Positions 34,108 to 42,200 of a DNA stretch of 43,133 nt are shown here, piece by piece. Source of the stretch: Candidatus Eiseniibacteriota bacterium (GTDB taxonomy: Bacteria; Eisenbacteria; RBG-16-71-46). A program made the translations under genes and the position numbers. The stretch is taken from assembly GCA_034678345.1 (NCBI GenBank), contig JAXDBZ010000302.1, positions 1 to 43,133 of the forward strand, read 5' to 3'. The stretch's first letter is position 1. Each line of letters starts with the position of its first letter. A model generated the notes under the pieces. That model was not told the origin of the DNA, made no database searches, and saw nothing but the letters and a program-made list of their open reading frames with translations.

Positions 34108-35564
34108 GCGTCCTCCTCGTCGTTGATGGCGTGCGGATGATCGGTCTTCGACCAGCGCACCCGCGCCCCCGGTTCGCGCGGCCGCACCAGCTGCATCACG
34201 GTCTCGTGGGTGATGGTGAAGAGCCCGACCAGGAAGCCCAGCATGACCAGCGGCAGCAGGCGGATCCGCGCCCGCGAGCCGTCGAGGTACGAACCGGCGC
34301 TGACCTCGAAGAACGTCGCGAAGTTGCCGAGGACGCTGTAGGAGGTGACGATCAGGATGACGATCAACCCGGGCCGGTTCTCGCCCAGGTACCACAGCGC
34401 CATCGCCAGCAGCCAGCCGAGCATGACGATGGGCGACATCATGTAGACGTTGAGCAGCAGCCAGCCGTCGAGCTTCTCGCGGAAGCGCGTGCGCGGTCCG
34501 GCCAGCAGGTGCCCGGCGTGGGTGAAGAGCGCCTCGTTGTGTCCGCGCGCCCACCGACGCACCTGCCGCATCCGCTGCGGCCAGGTGGTCGGGACCTGCT
34601 CGTAGCACTCCGACCGGTTCTGGTAGACGGTCTTCCAGCCGCCGCGCAGCAGGCGGAAGGTGGCGTCGGTGTCCTCGGCCAGGGTGTCCACGCGCCAGCC
34701 GCCCACGCTCTCCAGGGCCCGGCGCCGCACCCCGCCCACCGTGCCGCCGTACTGCGGCACCAGCTTGAGGTTCATGCGAGCCTGCTGGTCCACCTGGTAG
34801 CCACCGGTGCGCTCGAGGTCGAGCAGCCGGGTGAGGAGGTTCCGCCCGACGTTGTGGGGGACGACGCGGCCCATGACGGCGCCCACCTCGGGGTCGAAGA
34901 AGGGCGCGACGAGCTGCTTGATGAGCCCGCGCCCGGGGATGTAGTCGGCGTCGAAGACCAGCGCGATGTCCGTGCTCACCAGGGTCATGGCGTCGCGGAG
35001 GGCCGCGGCCTTACCGGGCTCGCCCTTCCGGCGATGGTACGGGGTGACGACGCCCGGGTGGCGGGCCGCGAACTCGTCCACGATCGCGCCGGTCCGATCC
35101 TTGGAGCGGTCGTCGATCGGCAGGATGTGCAACCGGCCGGGCGGGTAGTCCACGTCCAGCAGCGCGGTCAGGATGCCCTCCATGACCGGCTCCTCGTTGT
35201 GGGCCGGGACCAGCACTGTGACCTCGGGCCAGTCGGCGGTGTCGATGTCGAGGTAGGGATGCCGCTGCGTCCCGTGCAGACGGTTCAGCGTGAAGCCGTA
35301 GTGACGGGTGGTGTACACGCAGATCACGAGCAGGATCGCGTAGAGCGGGTAGAGCATCGCCAGGATGTACCAGGGACGCTCGGGACGCTGGCCGACGGGG
35401 ATCGGCGCGTCCCAGGCCCAGGCGACCGCCACGGCCAGCAGACCCGCGGCGAGGAGGACCGCGGCCAGGCCCCCCGGCCGGAACCGAAGCGTCGGGAGGC
35501 ACGCGGCCGGGCGCCCGGCGGGGGCGGAACGACGACGGGCGGACATCCGAGGCAGGAAATTCAT
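34098..35564 (-). CDS. Processive membrane-embedded family-2 glycosyltransferase (PgaC/NodC/cellulose-synthase-like polysaccharide synthase)
   Basis: Two N-terminal and ~4 C-terminal TM helices flank a GT-A domain with VLVPAHNEE, PIDDRSKD, VFDADY (DxD), LAEDTDATF (ED) and RMRQVRRWARG (QxxRW). ATG 35564 overlaps the upstream stop (ATGA). Confidence 0.82.
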   Translation of the reverse strand: MNFLPRMSARRRSAPAGRPAACLPTLRFRPGGLAAVLLAAGLLAVAVAWAWDAPIPVGQRPERPWYILAMLYPLYAILLVICVYTTRHYGFTLNRLHGTQRHPYLDIDTADWPEVTVLVPAHNEEPVMEGILTALLDVDYPPGRLHILPIDDRSKDRTGAIVDEFAARHPGVVTPYHRRKGEPGKAAALRDAMTLVSTDIALVFDADYIPGRGLIKQLVAPFFDPEVGAVMGRVVPHNVGRNLLTRLLDLERTGGYQVDQQARMNLKLVPQYGGTVGGVRRRALESVGGWRVDTLAEDTDATFRLLRGGWKTVYQNRSECYEQVPTTWPQRMRQVRRWARGHNEALFTHAGHLLAGPRTRFREKLDGWLLLNVYMMSPIVMLGWLLAMALWYLGENRPGLIVILIVTSYSVLGNFATFFEVSAGSYLDGSRARIRLLPLVMLGFLVGLFTITHETVMQLVRPREPGARVRWSKTDHPHAINDEEDAWP

Positions 35565-36244
35565 GGCGCCACCAAGAGTCGGAACGAGCGGAACTGGGCC
35601 GTACCGTTGCGCACCGCCAGGTGCGGCTCGCGGTACCGCCCGGTGGGATAGCGCTGGTCCGAGCGGTACAGCCGCCGCCCATCCAGCCAGAGGTACACGC
35701 GGCCGTCGCGGACGGCGAAGGCCAGCGCGTGCCAGGTCGCGAGGCTCACCGCCTCGAGGGGCATGACCACCTTCAGTACGTAGTCGTGGCGGGCCACCAT
35801 GTGGCGGGCGCTCAGGCGCTCCAGACCGCCGAAGGCGACGGCACCGCTCTCGCAGGTCAGTTCGCGGCTGTCGCGCGTGAGCAGGTGCACCTCGGTGTGC
35901 CGGCCGGCGGAATCGGGCACGATGCGGACCTGCGTCTCGAGCAGGAAGTCGCCCCCGTGTTCGACCGGGCAGAAGTACACCGCGAAGTCGCCCCGGTCCT
36001 CGCGACCCTCGAGCAGCCCATCCGCGACCCGCCAGTCGCCCCAGCCCCAGGCCCCCGGGAAGGGCCCGTCGCGGAAGCTCCAGGACGACGCCTCGCGCCA
36101 GGGCATGCCCTCGACCATCAGGTCGGCCTCGCCCGACGTGCGCGGGACGCTCTCGTAAACCTGCCGGAACGCGCCAGGGCCCAGGCGCAGGACGAGCAGC
36201 AGGAGCACGAGCAGCAGCCCCAGGAGAAAGAGGAGCCGGCGCAT
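35561..36244 (-). CDS. Signal-anchored protein with a concanavalin-like jelly-roll domain (DUF1080/LamG-like)
   Basis: Leu-rich N-terminal anchor MRRLLFLLGLLLVLLLLVL. Then W..W.V.DG.L.G / DF.LE / V.LW.DG spacing (GDWRVADGLLEG, GDFLLETQVRI, GRVYLWLDGRRL), typical of DUF1080-type domains. Confidence 0.5.
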   Translation of the reverse strand: MRRLLFLLGLLLVLLLLVLRLGPGAFRQVYESVPRTSGEADLMVEGMPWREASSWSFRDGPFPGAWGWGDWRVADGLLEGREDRGDFAVYFCPVEHGGDFLLETQVRIVPDSAGRHTEVHLLTRDSRELTCESGAVAFGGLERLSARHMVARHDYVLKVVMPLEAVSLATWHALAFAVRDGRVYLWLDGRRLYRSDQRYPTGRYREPHLAVRNGTAQFRSFRLLVAP

Positions 36245-36619
36245 CAGGCCGGTTCCCGGAACGAGGCAAGCGCGGCACGCCCTGCCATGGCGCGCGCCGC
36301 GCCGCCGTCCATCTCGCGCGAATCGCCGTTGTGTCGGCTCATCCGTGATCGCTCCCGGCGGGAGACGACTCGTCCCCCGCGCAGCATCCTGCCGCTCCGG
36401 CGGCTGTCGTGTCGGCCACGATTCGCCGGCACCGGCCCGCGGGCCGGCGCATGCAGGTTATCGGCCGGCGGGAGGCCTGACTAGAGGGATCCCGAGGGGG
36501 GGCCCGAGGGGCCCCGGCGCCGCCTGCGAAGCTGGAACTGCCCCCGCCGGAGTGGTAGCGTGCCTTCAATCCCGCCCGGGGAAAGGGCGGCGTGGCGATC
36601 CACACCTCGGAGCGAAGCC

Positions 36620-37207
36620 ATGGCAGACCTCGCGCATGCCCTCACGCAGATCCTGGGCGGTGACGCCGCCCGGCAGATCGGCCGCCAGCTTGGCGCCGAC
36701 GACTCGACCACCCGGACGGCCATCTCGGCCGCTCTACCCGTCCTCCTGGGCGCCCTCGCCCGGAACAGCGCGAGCCGGGACGGCGCGGACGCATTACACG
36801 GGGCGCTGGCGCGCGACCACGACGGCAGCATCCTGGACGACGTCGGCAGCTTCCTGAACGACCCGCAGGGCGGTCCCGGGGCCGGCATCCTGCGGCACGT
36901 CCTCGGCACGCGGCAGCCGGTGGCCGAACAGGCGCTGGCCAAGGCCAGCGGCCTCGACTCGGCCGGGGCCACGAAGCTGCTCACGATGCTCGCCCCGTTG
37001 GTGCTGGGGGCGCTGGGTCGGGCCCAGCGCCGGGACGGCCTCGACGCCGGGGGACTTGCGGGCATGCTCGGCCGCGAGAGCGAGGGTCTGGGCCAGACCG
37101 CCCCGGGACTGATGGGCATGGTCACCCGTCTCCTCGATCAGGACCAGGACGGCTCGGTCGTGGACGAGCTGGGTGGTGTGCTGGGCAAGCTGTTCGGCGG
37201 CCGCTAG
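36620..37207 (+). CDS. DUF937-family protein
   Basis: Repeated helical modules: ..AISAALPVLLGALARN.., ..GAGILRHVLG.., ..ATKLLTMLAPLVLGALG... ATG 36620 with upstream GGAG. Confidence 0.65.
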   Translation: MADLAHALTQILGGDAARQIGRQLGADDSTTRTAISAALPVLLGALARNSASRDGADALHGALARDHDGSILDDVGSFLNDPQGGPGAGILRHVLGTRQPVAEQALAKASGLDSAGATKLLTMLAPLVLGALGRAQRRDGLDAGGLAGMLGRESEGLGQTAPGLMGMVTRLLDQDQDGSVVDELGGVLGKLFGGR

Positions 37208-37246
37208 CGGCCGCATCCTCGGAGTCCCAACGGAAAGGAGAGTCCC

Positions 37247-37513
37247 ATGGGAGGCCTTCTCTGGACGATCGTGATCGGTCTGGTCGCGGGTGCCCTGGCC
37301 AAGCTCATCATGCCGGGCAAGGACCCGGGTGGGATCATCGTGACCATCCTGCTGGGGATCGGAGGTGCTCTGCTCGCGACTGTCCTCGGCCGCCTGACCG
37401 GCTGGTACGCGCCCGACCGGGGCGCCGGCTTCATCGCCGCCACGCTCGGGGCGATCGTCATCCTGCTCGTCTACCGCTGGTACAAGAAGCGCCAGGCGGC
37501 CCCGAAGGCCTAG
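37247..37513 (+). CDS. GlsB/YeaQ/YmgE-family small stress-response membrane protein
   Basis: MGGLLWTIVIGLVAGALAKLIMPGKDPGGIIVTILLGIGGALLATVLG. GGAAAGGAG RBS. Confidence 0.85.
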   Translation: MGGLLWTIVIGLVAGALAKLIMPGKDPGGIIVTILLGIGGALLATVLGRLTGWYAPDRGAGFIAATLGAIVILLVYRWYKKRQAAPKA

Positions 37514-37593
37514 CCGGCACCGCCGATCGCCGCGGCGGCCATCCGATTCCGCCGGCCGCGGGAGCACACCGGGTGACCCACAGGGAGGGAGAC

Positions 37594-37860
37594 ATGGCAG
37601 CGAAGAAGAAGACCGTCCGTCGCACCGTGCTGCGCTCGAGCAAGGGCAAGAAGCTCTACGCCGTCCGCAACGCGGACGGGACCTTCAAGGACATCCAGGA
37701 CTACGCCCGCGCGTCGCGCGCCGACCAGGCGAGGAAGTCCAAGAAGGAGAAGGCGGCCGCCGCGAAGAAGGCGGCGAAGAAGCCGGCGAGGAAGAAGGTG
37801 GCGAGGAAGAAGCCGGCGAGGAAGAAGGTGGCGAAGAAGAAGGTGGCGAAGAAGAAGTAG
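37594..37860 (+). CDS. Lys/Ala-rich histone-H1-like basic protein
   Basis: GGGAGGGAG RBS 3 nt before ATG 37594. The N-terminal ~45 aa are non-repetitive (KGKKLYAVRNADGTFKDIQDYARA). The tail is KKAAKKPARKKVARKKPARKKVAKKKVAKKK. Confidence 0.65.
   Translation: MAAKKKTVRRTVLRSSKGKKLYAVRNADGTFKDIQDYARASRADQARKSKKEKAAAAKKAAKKPARKKVARKKPARKKVAKKKVAKKK
37781..37840 (+). repeat. Two tandem copies of a 30-bp unit (one mismatch) inside the H1-like gene
   Basis: AGCCGGCGAGGAAGAAGGTGGCGAGGAAGA at 37781..37810 and AGCCGGCGAGGAAGAAGGTGGCGAAGAAGA at 37811..37840. Confidence 0.85.
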
Positions 37861-37879
37861 CCGCGCCGCCGTGTTCTGC

Positions 37880-37925
37880 GGGGACGGGCGCTTCGGCTCC
37901 CGTCCCCGTCGTCGTACGGGGACGG
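37880..37925 (+). terminator. Three-arm element after the H1-like gene that can form two mutually exclusive hairpins
   Basis: GGGGACGGG (37880..37888) pairs with CCCGTCCCC (37899..37907) around a TTCG loop. Alternatively, CCGTCCCCGT (37900..37909) pairs with ACGGGGACGG (37916..37925). Confidence 0.45.
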
Positions 37926-38018
37926 CGAGTCGCGCGGCGATTCGGGATTGAATGCCCCGCACGCCTGGTGCATTCTGTCGGCGTTCCGATCGCATCCCGC
38001 TCCCGGAGGAACCCGACC

Positions 38019-38876
38019 ATGCGCTGGAAGGGGCGTGAGCAGAGCGGCAACGTCGAGGACCGCCGCGGTGTCGGCGGCGGTGGGCTCGTGCTCGGCGGCG
38101 GCATCGGCACCGTCGTGCTGGTGGCCGCCTACCTGCTGCTGGGCGGCGATCCGTCGCAGCTGTTCCAGATGCTGGGACAGACACAGATGTCCAGCGGCGG
38201 TGGCATCCAGACGGAGCAGACCGGCGGCATCGCCGACGAGGGCCGGGAGTTCGTCGCCGTCGTCCTCAAGGACACCGAGGACGTCTGGGGCGCCCTGTTC
38301 GCGGCGGCGGGCCGTACGTACGAGCCGCCCGCAGTGGTGCTCTTCAGCGGCGGCGTGCAGTCCGCCTGTGGGGTGGCGGGATCATCGACCGGCCCGTTCT
38401 ACTGCCCCGCCGACGGCAAGGTCTACATCGACCTGAGCTTCTACGACGAGCTGCGCGACCGCTTCGGCGCCCCCGGCGACTTCGCCCAGGCCTACGTCAT
38501 CGCCCACGAGATCGGCCATCACGTGCAGAACCTGCTCGGCGTCTCGGAACGCGTCGCCGCACTCCGCGAGCGGTTGTCGGAGCGCGAGGCCAACGAGCTC
38601 TCGGTGCGCGTCGAGCTCCAGGCCGACTTCTATGCCGGCGTCTGGGCGCACCACGCGCAGCGGACGAAGCGGATCCTCGAGGAGGGCGACATCGAGGAGG
38701 CGCTGAACGCCGCCAGCGCCATCGGCGACGACCGGCTGCAGCGGCGGTCCACCGGCACCGTGACGCCGGACTCGTTCACGCACGGCACCTCGGATCAGCG
38801 GATGCGCTGGTTCCGCCGCGGCTTCGAGACCGGCGACCTGGCGCAGGGCGACACGTTCTCGGCGGACAGGCTCTGA
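38019..38876 (+). CDS. ypfJ: YpfJ-type neutral zinc metallopeptidase
   Basis: MRWKGREQSGNVEDRRG, one TM segment, and the HExxH site AYVIAHEIGHHVQN. GGAGGAA RBS. Confidence 0.85.
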   Translation: MRWKGREQSGNVEDRRGVGGGGLVLGGGIGTVVLVAAYLLLGGDPSQLFQMLGQTQMSSGGGIQTEQTGGIADEGREFVAVVLKDTEDVWGALFAAAGRTYEPPAVVLFSGGVQSACGVAGSSTGPFYCPADGKVYIDLSFYDELRDRFGAPGDFAQAYVIAHEIGHHVQNLLGVSERVAALRERLSEREANELSVRVELQADFYAGVWAHHAQRTKRILEEGDIEEALNAASAIGDDRLQRRSTGTVTPDSFTHGTSDQRMRWFRRGFETGDLAQGDTFSADRL

Positions 38877-38885
38877 TCACTCCGC

Positions 38886-38910
38886 GGCGGTCCGGCGACT
38901 CCGGACCGCC
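38886..38910 (+). terminator. Perfect 10-bp hairpin 10 nt after the ypfJ stop
   Basis: GGCGGTCCGG, loop CGACT, CCGGACCGCC. Confidence 0.5.
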
Positions 38911-38945
38911 CCGGCATGCCGCGACCCACGCACGAGGAGGGACGC

Positions 38946-39032
38946 ATGGCGGCAAAGAAGAAGGCGGCCAGGAAAGTCGTGAAGAAGGCAGCCAGGAAGC
39001 CGGCGAGAAAGGGCTGCCGGGGCTGCAAGTAG
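38946..39032 (+). CDS. Unannotated 28-aa Lys/Arg-rich peptide ending in CxxC (MAAKKKAARKVVKKAARKPARKGCRGCK)
   Basis: Too short for the ORF track. GAGGAGG (38934..38940) lies 5 nt before ATG 38946. G/C-rich third positions. Shares the MAAKKK start and the GGGGACGGG/CCCGTCCCC hairpin core with the H1-like gene. TAG at 39030..39032. Confidence 0.45.
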   Translation: MAAKKKAARKVVKKAARKPARKGCRGCK

Positions 39033-39053
39033 CGGCAGGGAAGACGTGCCAGA

Positions 39054-39089
39054 GCGCGGGGACGGGTGCCCGAGCACCCGTCCCCGCGC
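39054..39089 (+). terminator. Perfect 16-bp GC stem with a CCGA loop, 21 nt after the small ORF
   Basis: GCGCGGGGACGGGTGC (39054..39069), CCGA, GCACCCGTCCCCGCGC (39074..39089). Confidence 0.55.
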
Positions 39090-39290
39090 GCGTCCCGGCA
39101 GGGCATCCATCGCCCCGTCTCCGCGCCCGTGACCGGGCCGCCCGCGTCCGTGCTCCATCCCCGCGCGCGGCTTTGTCCCGCCCCGCCATCCGTCGTAGCC
39201 TGCCCGCCACGACCCGCCCCAGGCCCGGGGCAGTGCAAGACACATCGCCCGGCCGGCGATCCTCCGCCGGCCGTCGCTCGTGGAGGGAGT

Positions 39291-42200
39291 GTGCGCGACC
39301 GCGTCCGTACCCGTGTCCTCTGGCTCGCATCCGTGCTCTCGTTCGCCGTGCTGTCGGCCGCTCCCGTGTGGGCGGCCGAGCCCGCGCTGTGGCTGCGCTA
39401 TCCGGCCATCTCCCCGGACGGCAGGACCGTGGTCTTCAGCTACCACGGCAACCTCTGGTCCGTCCCGGCCGCGGGGGGGCAGGCCGTGGCGCTCACGGTG
39501 AGCGCCGCGCACAACACCCGCCCGGTCTGGTCCCCGGACGGCACGCGGCTCGCCTTCGCCTCGGACCGCCACGGGAACTTCGACGTCTTCGTCATGCCCG
39601 CCACCGGCGGCGAGGCGACGCGCCTCACGTTCCACTCGGCCGACGAGTTCCCGTCCAGCTTCACACCGGACGGGCAGCGGGTCCTCTTCGGCGGCACCGT
39701 GCTCGACGCCGCCACGAACGTGCAGTTCCCGGCCGGGGTGCTGTCGGAGCTGTACGCGGTGGACCTCGTCGGGCACATGCCCGAGCAGGTGCTGAGCACC
39801 CCGGCGAACTACGCCGTCTACGACTGGGCCGGCAAGCGGCTGGCCTACTCGGACCAGCGCGGCATGGAGATGGAGTGGCGCAAGCACGACAACTCCTCCT
39901 TCGCGCGCAACGTGTGGGTGTGGGACGTGGCCGCGAACCGGCACACGCGCCTGACGGACTTCGGTGCCGACGACCGCCAGCCGGTGTGGGGCCCCGACCA
40001 GGTCTCGCTCTACTTCCTGTCCGAGCGGAGCGGCACGTTCAACGTCTGGCGGCTCGACCTCGCCGATCCGGCACGGCCGACGCAGGTCACGACGCACGTC
40101 ACGCATCCGGTGCGGTTCCTCTCCAGCTCGCGGGCCGGCGACCTGTGCTACGGCTGGGACGGCGGCATCTGGGTGCGCCCCGCCGGCGCGACGGCCAGCG
40201 TCCCCGTTCCGGTGACCATCCCCGCCGACCGCCGCGACCGCGAGACGGCGCCCCGGGACGTGTCGGGAGAGATCTCGGAGTTCGACGTGTCGCCCGACGG
40301 GCAGGAGGTGGCCTTCGTCGCGCGGGGCGAGGTCTTCGTGGCCGAGGTCGAGCACGGCACCACCCGTCGCATCACGAACACCCCCGGGCAGGAGCGCTCG
40401 GTGGGCTTCTCGCCCGACGGCCGCAGCCTGGTCTACGCCGCGGAGCGCGACGGCGGCTGGAAGCTCTACCGCACGGACCTCGCCGACCCCGAAGAGCCCG
40501 ACTTCTTCAACGCCACGGCGATGAAGGAGACGCTGGTGCTGGGCGGCGACGCCGACGTCTTCCAGCCCCGCTTCTCGCCGGACGGCGCCGAGGTCGCCTA
40601 CCTCGAGGAGCGCACCGCCCTCAAGGTGCTGAACCTGAAGAGCGGGCGCTCGCGCACGCTGCTGCCCGGCGACGTCAACTACTCCTACACGGACGGCGAC
40701 CAGTGGTTCGAGTGGTCCCCGGACGGTCGCTGGCTGGCGCTCACCTTCCTGAGCCATGAGCGCTGGTCGGAGGAGGTGGGGCTCGTGCCCGCCTCAGGCG
40801 ACGGCAAGCTCGTCAACGTGACCCGTAGCGGCTTCGAGGACTCCTCACCCAAGTGGGCGCGCAAGGGCGAGGTGCTCATCTGGCTCACCGACCGCTTCGG
40901 CCTGCGCAACCAGTCGGGCTTCCCCAGCGAGGCCGACGTGCACGCGGCCTTCCTGACCCGCCGGGCCTACGACCGCTACGTCCTCGACGAGGCGGCCTTC
41001 GACCAGCTCAGGGCGCGCGAGAAGGAGGGGGAGAAGAAGGGCGAGGGGGAGAAGCCGGCCAAGGACAGGGGCCGCGATACCGCGAAGGCGGCGGTCAAGC
41101 TCCCGCCGCCGGTGGCGATCGAGTTCGAGGGGCTCGACGACCGCATCGTGCGCCTGTCCGTGGCCTCGGCCGACCTGGCGGGGGCGGAGCTCTCGGCCGA
41201 CGGCGAGACCCTCTACTACCTCGCCCGCTTCGAGAAGGGCTACGACCTCTGGAAGTACGTGCCGCGGAAGAAGGAGGCCAGGCTGATCGCCAAGCTCGGC
41301 GCCGACCGGGCGCGCTTCGCGCTCGACCGCGAGGGCAAGAAGGCGTTCGTGCTGGCGGACGGCAAGCTGTCCACGGTGGAGCTGGAGGGGGGCAAGAGCA
41401 CGCCGGTCCGGGTCGCGGCGCGGATGGAGCTGGACGCGGCCGCCGAGCGCGGCTACCTCTTCGACCACATCTGGCGTCAGACGCTGAAGAAGTTCCACGA
41501 CCCGGGCATGCACGGGGTGGACTGGGCGGCGACGGGCGCGGCCTACCGGCGCTTCCTGCCCTCCATCGACAACCCCCGCGACTTCGCCGAGCTGATCTCC
41601 GAGATGCAGGGCGAGCTGAACGCCTCGCACACCGGCGGGCGCTACCGGCCGACCCGATCCGACGGCGACGAGACGGCGGCGCTCGGCTTCTTCCCCGATC
41701 CCGCCCACCGCGGGGACGGCGTGGCCATCGCCGAGGTGATCGAGGGCGGCCCGCTGGGCAAGGCGGGCACGAAGGTGCGCGCGGGCGTCGTGATCGAGGC
41801 GATCGACGGCTCGCGCATCGCCGCCGGGACCAACTGGTATCGCCTCCTGAACCGGAAGGCCGATGCGCCGGTGCGCCTGGCGCTCTTCGATCCGAAGACC
41901 AACGGCCGCTGGGAGGAGACGGCGAAGCCCGTCTCATGGGCGGCCCAGCAGCGGCTGCTCTACCAGCGCTGGGCACGCTCCCGGCGCGAGCTGGTGGACC
42001 GGCTCTCGGGCGGCCGCATCGGCTACGCACACATCCGGGGCATGAACGACGGCGCCTACCGCGAGGTCTTCGACGAGATCTTCGGCCGCGCCGTGGACAA
42101 GGACGCCATCGTCCTCGACACCCGCTTCAACGGCGGCGGCAACCTCGTCGAGGCGCTCACTGTGTTCCTGAGTGGCAGGCAGTACGCCCGGAACACGCCG

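Noticed and set aside
36245-36619. Possible c-di-GMP riboswitch or small RNA in the 375-nt spacer upstream of the EPS-like operon
   Set aside because: I recognised no GEMM-type conserved blocks. The only concrete signal is the small coupled uORF, which is reported separately. An Rfam/Infernal scan is needed before claiming any RNA element.
37741-37860. Repetitive AAGAAG-rich DNA, considered as a CRISPR-like or satellite array
   Set aside because: The repeats are in frame and encode the KKPARKKVA tail of a basic protein. There is no repeat-spacer organisation and there are no cas genes in the window.
39066-39290. N-terminal extension of the tricorn-like ORF
   Set aside because: It starts inside the 16-bp terminator hairpin and encodes a Pro/Arg-rich string. 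A signal peptide begins right after GTG 39291.
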